Source of the DNA: Candidatus Arthromitus sp. SFB-rat-Yit
GTDB taxonomy: Bacteria; Bacillota; Clostridia; Clostridiales; Clostridiaceae
Length of the DNA stretch: 32,000 nt
Assembly (NCBI RefSeq): GCF_000283555.1
Contig: NC_016012.1
Span: 210,001 to 242,000 of the forward strand
Direction of reading: 5' to 3'
The position numbers and the translations under genes were made by a program. The notes under the pieces are model-generated. The model was not told the origin of the DNA and did not search any database. It saw nothing but the letters and a program-made list of their open reading frames with translations. Of the stretch, positions 26,012-32,000 are shown in pieces. The first letter of the stretch is position 1, and the number at the start of each line of letters is the position of its first letter.

Positions 26012-27010
26012 ATGGCTATTTCAATTAAAGATGTTGCGAAGGAAGCGGGGGTATCTATTGCAACTGTTTCAAGAGTTTTAAATGGAATTGAAGTTGTTAA
26101 TGAAGATACTCAAAAAAGAGTAAAAGAAGCAGTAGCTAAATTAGGATATAGGCCAAATATTATAGCGAGAAGTTTGAAAACACAAAGGACGAGGACAGTC
26201 GGTATTTTAATCCCTGATATATCCAATTCATTATATCCAGAGATAGTTAGAGGAATTGAAGATGTTTCTAATATTTACAATTATAATATAATACTTTGTA
26301 ATTCAGATTTAAATTTGGATAAAGAAAAGGAGTACATTTATATTCTTCGAGAGAAAATGGTTGATGGTATTCTATTTATGAGTAATTCTCTTGAAGATGA
26401 GGTTTTGGATATTATACAGAAGTTAGATATGAAAACAGTTTTAATAGAAACAAATGTTTGTAATAAAAATATTCCTAATATAACAATAGATAATATTAAG
26501 GCATCAAGTGAGGCGGTAAATAAACTTATATCAAATGGTAGAAGAAGAATATTATATATAGGGGATCATAAGGATACGTTAAACGCATCTGCATATAGAT
26601 ACAAGGGGTATGTTAAAGCGTTAGAAGAAAATGGAATTAAAATAGATGATGAACTTATATGTTATTGTAAGCCATTTTTGAATAATGGATATGAATATAT
26701 ACAAAAGAAAATTAAGGAAGGCGTTTTATTTGATGGGGTATTTTGTACTTGCGATGAACTTGCTATAGGGGCTATTAATGCACTTCGTGAAAATAGAGTT
26801 GATATTCCAGAAGAATGTGAAATTATAGGATTCAATAATATTTTAATGTCAGCAGCATTTTCTCCGAAACTCACAACGATTGATACATCGAGCTATGATT
26901 TGGGTTCTATTGGTATGAGAACTCTTATAAAGATAATTAATAATGAACAAATAAATAACTTTAATTATGTAGTTCCATATAATTTAATAGAGAGGGAGAG
27001 TACAAGGTAA
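26012..27010 (+). CDS. LacI/GalR family transcriptional regulator
   Basis: 332 aa. HTH IKDVAKEAGVSIATVSRVLNG, followed by a periplasmic-binding-protein-like sugar-binding core. Confidence 0.9.
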   Translation: MAISIKDVAKEAGVSIATVSRVLNGIEVVNEDTQKRVKEAVAKLGYRPNIIARSLKTQRTRTVGILIPDISNSLYPEIVRGIEDVSNIYNYNIILCNSDLNLDKEKEYIYILREKMVDGILFMSNSLEDEVLDIIQKLDMKTVLIETNVCNKNIPNITIDNIKASSEAVNKLISNGRRRILYIGDHKDTLNASAYRYKGYVKALEENGIKIDDELICYCKPFLNNGYEYIQKKIKEGVLFDGVFCTCDELAIGAINALRENRVDIPEECEIIGFNNILMSAAFSPKLTTIDTSSYDLGSIGMRTLIKIINNEQINNFNYVVPYNLIERESTR

Positions 27011-27028
27011 TTGTACTCTTCTTTTTTT
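26996..27028 (+). terminator. Rho-independent terminator after the LacI-family gene
   Basis: GAGAGTACAA (26996-27005) pairs with TTGTACTCTT (27011-27020), followed by CTTTTTTT. Confidence 0.75.
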
Positions 27029-27084
27029 AACATAAAAACTTAATAAGAAAAATAAAATTATCTTAAAAAGAGCGAGGTGATTAT

Positions 27085-27657
27085 TTGATAAATTATATTT
27101 GGTTTTTCATGATAGGATCAGGTCTTATTTATTCATTGGTAGGAAATAACGGAGATAAGATAAGTAAATCTATTTTAGATTCTACATCATCAACTGTAAC
27201 ACTTATTATATCCCTTGTAGGTGTTATGTGTTTGTGGTGTGGAATTATGAAAATAGCAGAAGAGAGTGGAATTACAAAAAAACTTGCAAATTTGTTGAAA
27301 CCAATACTTAAGATTTTATTTAAAGAAAAGAATAATGAGAGAGTGATGGGACATGTTGTGATGAATTTAACTGCAAATATATTAGGACTTGGAAATGCAG
27401 CAACACCATTTGGAATTAAAGCTATGGAGGAGCTTGATGTTGTAAATGAAAATAAAAATGTGGCATCTAATGATATGGCTTTATTTCTGGTATTAAATGC
27501 TAATTGCATACAATTATTTCCAACGACGATTCTTTCTGTAAGAAGTATTGCTGGTTCTGTGGATCATGGTGGGGTTATTTTGGGAATTTTTATAACCACG
27601 TTTTTAACTAGTATCATATCGATAATTATATGCAAGCTACTTCAGAGAATATTTTAG
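27085..27657 (+). CDS. spmA: Spore maturation protein A (nucleoside-recognition/Gate domain membrane protein)
   Basis: 190 aa, TTG start after GAGGTGA. MINYIWFFMIGSGLIYS...NILGLGNAATPFG is typical of SpmA. Confidence 0.85.
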   Translation: MINYIWFFMIGSGLIYSLVGNNGDKISKSILDSTSSTVTLIISLVGVMCLWCGIMKIAEESGITKKLANLLKPILKILFKEKNNERVMGHVVMNLTANILGLGNAATPFGIKAMEELDVVNENKNVASNDMALFLVLNANCIQLFPTTILSVRSIAGSVDHGGVILGIFITTFLTSIISIIICKLLQRIF

Positions 27658-27667
27658 GAGTGATTTA

Positions 27668-28192
27668 ATGAATTTTTTATCATCATCGTTTATTCCGTTT
27701 ATAATATTATTTATTGTTTTATATGGAATAATTAAGAAGGTTAAGGTTTATGAGGTGTTTGTTGAGGGAGCCAAAGATGGTTTGAATATTTGTAAAAACA
27801 TATTTCCATATCTTTTGTGCATGCTTCTTGCTATAAAAGTTTTTAGAGATTCAGGTATGCTTGATTACATAGTAAATTTTATTAGACCTTTTCTTGACAT
27901 GATTGGAATACCAGCTGAGGTTGTGACGCAGATTTTTGTGAAACCATTATCAGGAAGTGGAGCACTTGGAATATATACAGATAACATTAAGACATTTGGA
28001 GCAGACTCATATTTGGGAGTGTTGTCATCTGTGCTTATGGGCTCTACGGAAACTATATTTTATACAATAGCACTTTATTTTGGGAGTGTAAAAATTAAAA
28101 AAATAAGGCATACGTTATGGACAGCTATATTTTCTGAAATAATAGGAGTTATTATTGCGGTAAATGTAACTAAAATAATATTTTTTAATTAA
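27668..28192 (+). CDS. spmB: Spore maturation protein B
   Basis: 174 aa directly after spmA. FVEGAKDGL...KPLSGSGALG...GSTETIFYTIALYFG is typical of SpmB. Confidence 0.85.
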   Translation: MNFLSSSFIPFIILFIVLYGIIKKVKVYEVFVEGAKDGLNICKNIFPYLLCMLLAIKVFRDSGMLDYIVNFIRPFLDMIGIPAEVVTQIFVKPLSGSGALGIYTDNIKTFGADSYLGVLSSVLMGSTETIFYTIALYFGSVKIKKIRHTLWTAIFSEIIGVIIAVNVTKIIFFN

Positions 28193-28279
28193 ACATAAAA
28201 AATAAATAAATTACATAAATTTAAGTAGGGTTTTTTAATATTGTACCAATGAAAATTAAGTTTAAGGAGATGTATTCCT

Positions 28280-28477
28280 TTGAAGGTAATAAAAAGTTTT
28301 CTTATGATAGTTGGATTACTTACCTGTTTTGTTGGTGTCGAACCTGTACAAGATTTTTTGATAGGGACTAGAAAACTTGTTTTAACCTTTATTATAAAGG
28401 TATTTCAAACTACAATTTCCTGTTTTTTGTTTTTAACTATGACTTCGTTTGCTATTAATGGATTTTTGGGGGCTTAG
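28280..28477 (+). CDS. Small hydrophobic protein, unknown function
   Basis: 65 aa, TTG start after AAGGAGA, two predicted TM segments. The stop lies 2 nt before the next ATG. Confidence 0.45.
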   Translation: MKVIKSFLMIVGLLTCFVGVEPVQDFLIGTRKLVLTFIIKVFQTTISCFLFLTMTSFAINGFLGA

Positions 28478-28479
28478 TT

Positions 28480-29112
28480 ATGAAGAATTCAGAATTAGAA
28501 GTAATTAGAAATTATGATTATGATAAGAGTGTAGATTTAAAAAGAGAAAATGTGAAAAAGAAATATTTAGTTGGATTTTGTTTGTTTATTACTGTATTTT
28601 TATTTATATTTGGTGTAGTGTTTTTTGTAAAAAATAAAATAGATAATTATAAAAATTTGGGAGAAGATTTAAATTTTCAGAGGCAAAAAATTATTGAGGA
28701 ACGTATGATTATGGAGAAGACGTTAAAAGAGGAAAGAGATAAACTTTTATCTCTTCAAATAGAATATGAGGATAAAAATAGGGAATTAGACGATAAATTA
28801 AAATATGTTAATGAAAAACAGGTAGAATTTGATACAGAGCTTAAGAAGGTTTATGAGCTTCGAGATATACTTAAGAATCAATTGGTTCAAATATATGATT
28901 TTAATATAGATAGAATTTATGAATCGACAAATGAGATAGATGGGTTAGATAAATTTACAGATGATGATAATGTAGAAAATCCTATACATACAAGTACTAT
29001 TTTAGGAAAAGATGAGAATGAACCAACTGAGTATGTGGAAGATAGAATACTTGGAATTGCACATCCAGATTGGTTTATAAAATTTGATTCATTGGGAGAA
29101 TTTAGATATTAA
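28480..29112 (+). CDS. Bitopic membrane protein with a long coiled-coil region, unknown function
   Basis: 210 aa. TM (YLVGFCLFITVFLFIFGVVFFV), then a heptad-like E/K/L-rich stretch (QRQKIIEERMIMEKTLKEERDKLLSLQIEYEDKNRELDDKLKYV). Confidence 0.6.
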   Translation: MKNSELEVIRNYDYDKSVDLKRENVKKKYLVGFCLFITVFLFIFGVVFFVKNKIDNYKNLGEDLNFQRQKIIEERMIMEKTLKEERDKLLSLQIEYEDKNRELDDKLKYVNEKQVEFDTELKKVYELRDILKNQLVQIYDFNIDRIYESTNEIDGLDKFTDDDNVENPIHTSTILGKDENEPTEYVEDRILGIAHPDWFIKFDSLGEFRY

Positions 29113-29131
29113 TTATTAAGGTGATTTATTG

Positions 29132-29257
29132 ATGAGTATAAAAGATATAAAAAATGATATTGAACAAGGCCTGCGTGAGATGAGTGCAAAAGAGAGATTA
29201 CAATTTTATGTTACAGTTGGCATAGGAATATTCTTTATATTGGCGGTTATATTTTAA
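29132..29257 (+). CDS. Small (41 aa) C-terminally anchored membrane protein; absent from the ORF track
   Basis: ATG 29132 after AAGGTGA. Translation: MSIKDIKNDIEQGLREMSAKERLQFYVTVGIGIFFILAVIF. A strong terminator follows immediately. Confidence 0.5.
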   Translation: MSIKDIKNDIEQGLREMSAKERLQFYVTVGIGIFFILAVIF

Positions 29258-29286
29258 GGGCAATATTTATTGCCCTTAAATTTTTT
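29255..29286 (+). terminator. Rho-independent terminator
   Basis: AAGGGCAATA pairs with TATTGCCCTT (within 29255-29278), followed by AAATTTTTT. Confidence 0.75.
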
Positions 29287-29395
29287 ATAAAAATATTTAC
29301 TTCATTATAAATAGTTACTATGTTTTGAGGTAGGAAATAGGTTATTATATTTTGTGTGATGTTATTTCAAATTTTTATTAGGAGGAGTTTATTAT

Positions 29396-30643
29396 ATGGA
29401 AAATATTTATCTTTCAAGGAGAAAGAAGCTTTCATCTAATATGAGAAATGGTGATATGTGTATTATTTTTTCAGGGAAAGAAGTTAGAATAAGCAGAGAT
29501 GAGTATTATGATTTTAATGTAGATAAGAATTTTTATTATCTTACGGGTGTTAAAGATAAGGGTATTATATTATTTTTAAGGAAGATAAATGGGGATGTTA
29601 AATCTACGCTTTTTATAGAGGATAGAGCGGAGGATATGGTTAAATGGATCGGTAAAACAATATTAAAAGATGAGGCAATTTCTATAAGTGGTGTCGATGA
29701 AGTTTTATACATAGATGAGTTTTATTCGTTTTTAAATAATATAATTCTATCAGAAGAATCACCTACTGTGTATTTTGATTTTGATAGGGATGATCATAGA
29801 CATTCTTATATATATTCTGAGGAGTGCGCAAATAAATTAAGAGTGAAGTATCCACATGTAAATATAAAAAATATTTATTCTCACATTAAAAATTTGAGAG
29901 TTATAAAAGATGATTATGAAATATCAAAAATTAGAGAAGCTATTGATATAACAAAATTGGGTATTTTAAATATAATGAGGAATTTAAAGCCTAATATGTA
30001 TGAGTATCAAATAGAGTCTTATTTTGATTACATGATAAAGTATAGTGGAGCAAGTGGATATGCATTTAAATCTATTGTTGCATCTGGAGATAATGCTGTA
30101 ATACTCCATTACATAGAAAATAACAGTAAAATTAAAGATGGTGATTTAGTTTTATTTGATCTTGGAGCGGAGAAGGATTTTTATAGAGCGGATATATCTA
30201 GAACTTTTCCGTCAAATGGGAAATTTACAGATAGGCAAAAGGAAATATACTCTATAGTTTTAGAAGCTCAGCTTAGAGTTATTGATGCGATTTGTCCTGG
30301 AGTTTCTCAAAGTGATTTAAATGAAATTGCAAAAGAACATTTATATTTAGGGCTTAAAAGGATAGGAAAGATATCAAATAGAGATGAGTTATCTAATTAT
30401 TATTATCATGGGATAGGTCATTTGCTTGGTCTTGATACTCATGATGTTGGTGGAAGAGATTTTGTATATAAAGAAGGAATGGTTGTAACTGTTGAGCCAG
30501 GGCTTTATCTAAAAGATGAAGGTATAGGAATTAGAATAGAAGATGATATTTTGGTGACAAAAGATGGGCATGAGGTTTTATCAGAAGGTATAATTAAAAC
30601 TGTTGATGAGATTGAAAAATTTATGGGAGAAAATTGTAATTAA
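29396..30643 (+). CDS. M24B family Xaa-Pro aminopeptidase/dipeptidase
   Basis: 415 aa. An N-terminal AMP_N-like domain, then pita-bread metal ligands in LFDLGAE...RADISRT...HGIGHLLGLDTHD...VTVEPGLY...IRIEDD. RBS AGGAGGAG. Confidence 0.9.
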   Translation: MENIYLSRRKKLSSNMRNGDMCIIFSGKEVRISRDEYYDFNVDKNFYYLTGVKDKGIILFLRKINGDVKSTLFIEDRAEDMVKWIGKTILKDEAISISGVDEVLYIDEFYSFLNNIILSEESPTVYFDFDRDDHRHSYIYSEECANKLRVKYPHVNIKNIYSHIKNLRVIKDDYEISKIREAIDITKLGILNIMRNLKPNMYEYQIESYFDYMIKYSGASGYAFKSIVASGDNAVILHYIENNSKIKDGDLVLFDLGAEKDFYRADISRTFPSNGKFTDRQKEIYSIVLEAQLRVIDAICPGVSQSDLNEIAKEHLYLGLKRIGKISNRDELSNYYYHGIGHLLGLDTHDVGGRDFVYKEGMVVTVEPGLYLKDEGIGIRIEDDILVTKDGHEVLSEGIIKTVDEIEKFMGENCN

Positions 30644-30657
30644 CTAATGGAGGTAAG

Positions 30658-31452
30658 ATGGATAAGATAGCATTTCCTAATCTTGGATTGGAATTTATGG
30701 TAAATAAGATTGCTTTTTCTATTTTTGGTGTAGATATTGCTTGGTATGCTATTATAATTACAATTGGTATTATAGTGGCTATGATAATTTCATATAGAAA
30801 TGCAAAGAGTATTGGGTTAGATACTGAAAGATTTATGGATATGTTTTTTTATATGATAGTGTTTGGGGTAATAGGTGCGAGAATTTATTATGTGATATTT
30901 AATTTTAGTTTATATAAAGATAATCTTTTAAGTGTGTTTAATATAAGAGAAGGCGGAATTGCAATTTATGGTGCGGTATTATTCGGGGCACTTACGGTGT
31001 TTATTTATACTAAGATAAAGAAACAGAATTTTTTAGATTGTACAGATTGTATAGTTCCAGGGCTTGCAATTGCTCAAGGTATAGGAAGATGGGGTAATTT
31101 TATAAATCAAGAGGCATATGGTTATGAGACAAATTCACTCTTTGGTATGAGTATTAATGAAGGAAATAGAATTATAACAGTTCATCCGACTTTTTTGTAT
31201 GAGAGCGTACTTAATATATTTGTGTTTATTGTTCTTATTATATTTTTTAACAAGTATAGGAAAAATTCTGGAGAGGTAACGTGTATATACGGAGTGCTCT
31301 ATGGAATTGGAAGATTTTTTATAGAGGGAATGAGAACAGATAGTTTATATTTAGGAGCGTTTCGCGTATCGCAGATTGTATCGCTTGTATTTGTTGTAAT
31401 TGGTATAGGATTATTTATGTATTTAAGATCTAATAATAAGATTAAAGAATAG
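30658..31452 (+). CDS. lgt: Prolipoprotein diacylglyceryl transferase
   Basis: 264 aa polytopic membrane protein with the Lgt signature GRWGNFINQEAYG and the conserved GARIYYV region. Confidence 0.95.
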   Translation: MDKIAFPNLGLEFMVNKIAFSIFGVDIAWYAIIITIGIIVAMIISYRNAKSIGLDTERFMDMFFYMIVFGVIGARIYYVIFNFSLYKDNLLSVFNIREGGIAIYGAVLFGALTVFIYTKIKKQNFLDCTDCIVPGLAIAQGIGRWGNFINQEAYGYETNSLFGMSINEGNRIITVHPTFLYESVLNIFVFIVLIIFFNKYRKNSGEVTCIYGVLYGIGRFFIEGMRTDSLYLGAFRVSQIVSLVFVVIGIGLFMYLRSNNKIKE

Positions 31453-31482
31453 CTCGCGCGTGTGAGCTATTCTTATTTTTTT
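31447..31482. terminator. Terminator between lgt and the convergent repeat-protein gene
   Basis: GAATAGCTC (31447-31455) pairs with GAGCTATTC (31464-31472), followed by TTATTTTTTT. Confidence 0.75.
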
Positions 31483-31485
31483 GAA

Positions 31486-31998
31486 TTATTTTACTTGAGT
31501 TATAGTTGTGTTTCCGTTTAAATTTTTAACTTGAAATTTTACAGTTGATGTTTTTTTGCCTGATGTTTTACTACCAGATGTTTTTTTTGATGAAGTAGCA
31601 AGTTGTTTTTCAAGTGTTTTCATTTGAGTTTGTGGGGCTGGATGCACTGTAACATCACTACCAGTAGTAGTAACTTTTTTTGCAGTATATACTCCATCTT
31701 GAACTTTATGTTCATTAGTGTGTTTATCAAATGCTTTGTTATCTACTTGTGTTTGGTTTTTAGGCATTCCTTGGAATGGTGTTCCGTTTGATGTAACTTT
31801 TCCAGAGTTTATTGCTCCTGTAGATCCAGTTAATCCTCTTGAAGTATTAGTTTTTGATCCATCTTTGTGAGTTTTCGTGTTGTTGGAAAATGCACTGTTA
31901 TTTACTAATGATACAGTTTTAGGTGTTCCAAGGTATGATGTTCCAGTTGATGTGGATCTTCCAGTTAAAATATTTCTAAGTCCCCCAAAAATTCTCAT
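31486..31998 (-). CDS. Ser/Thr/Gly/Lys/Asn-rich protein with an internal duplicated motif, unknown function; possibly N-terminally truncated by the window edge
   Basis: At least 170 aa. The codon upstream of ATG 31998 reads NTG, which cannot be a stop, so the ORF may continue past base 32000. Two related segments: GTSYLGTPKTVSLVNNSAFSNNTKTHKDG and GTPFQGMPKNQTQVDNKAFDKHTNEHKVQDG. Confidence 0.5.
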   Translation of the reverse strand: MRIFGGLRNILTGRSTSTGTSYLGTPKTVSLVNNSAFSNNTKTHKDGSKTNTSRGLTGSTGAINSGKVTSNGTPFQGMPKNQTQVDNKAFDKHTNEHKVQDGVYTAKKVTTTGSDVTVHPAPQTQMKTLEKQLATSSKKTSGSKTSGKKTSTVKFQVKNLNGNTTITQVK

Positions 31999-32000
31999 CA

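Noticed and set aside
26012-27010. Naming the LacI-family regulator as CcpA
   Set aside because: The HTH and overall fold fit the family, but I cannot distinguish CcpA from other LacI paralogs by eye, and the genomic context (after ileS) is uninformative.
3251-31791. Numerous 60-140-aa ORFs in the track that lie antisense to, or out of frame within, well-supported genes: 3251-3493, 4309-4620, 4976-5197, 6051-6248, 6489-6740, 6846-7034, 7464-7727, 10368-10553, 10848-11126, 11682-11912, 11864-12085, 17440-17766, 17956-18378, 18706-18903, 20187-20411, 21849-22097, 22906-23115, 23158-23379, 24404-24586, 26662-26874, 27129-27509, 31603-31791
   Set aside because: They overlap CDSs with clear family motifs. 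They lack SD sequences and have the Ser/Ile/Leu/Phe-rich composition typical of shadow frames in AT-rich DNA.
1-32000. Search for CRISPR arrays, tRNA/rRNA genes, IS elements, integrases, phage or conjugation genes
   Set aside because: No regularly spaced direct repeats. No GC-rich structured segments of tRNA or rRNA type. No transposase, recombinase or phage-like ORFs. The composition looks uniform across the window.

Overview
Very AT-rich chromosomal segment, by gene content from a spore-forming Clostridia-type Firmicute (spmA/spmB, GlnRS, type-2 IleRS); I cannot name the species from sequence alone. It is mostly housekeeping and envelope genes, largely on the + strand: partial aldehyde dehydrogenase, a GHL10-family glycosidase-like protein, nagB, a cluster of secreted or unknown proteins, speE-speD (minus strand), a TtcA-like PP-loop ATPase, a TetR regulator, glnS, a GHL10-like/amidase_3 fusion, a DUF4250-copA-nuclease-copZ operon, a 717-aa orphan protein, two tandem small membrane proteins, ileS, a LacI regulator, spmA-spmB, three small membrane/coiled-coil ORFs, an M24 aminopeptidase, lgt, and a partial low-complexity repeat protein. 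I saw no rRNA, tRNA, CRISPR array, IS element, integrase or phage structural genes, and no convincing multi-gene novel system. The most unusual item is the single gene at 15275-16354. It joins a degenerate UvrD/PcrA-like P-loop domain to a LexA/UmuD-like S24 peptidase domain, with an apparently intact Ser-Lys dyad, no HTH and no canonical cleavage dipeptide. Its promoter region carries three TCGAA sites. Secondary leads: ileS has a consensus promoter followed directly by an intrinsic terminator and no T-box; a Cys-motif small membrane ORF upstream of the cop operon is missing from the track; SD-led mini-ORFs precede the TetR and GHL10 genes; and a repeated TAAAGTTTA motif with a 12-bp palindrome lies in the speD leader. 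All functional calls come from motif recognition by eye, with no database search.
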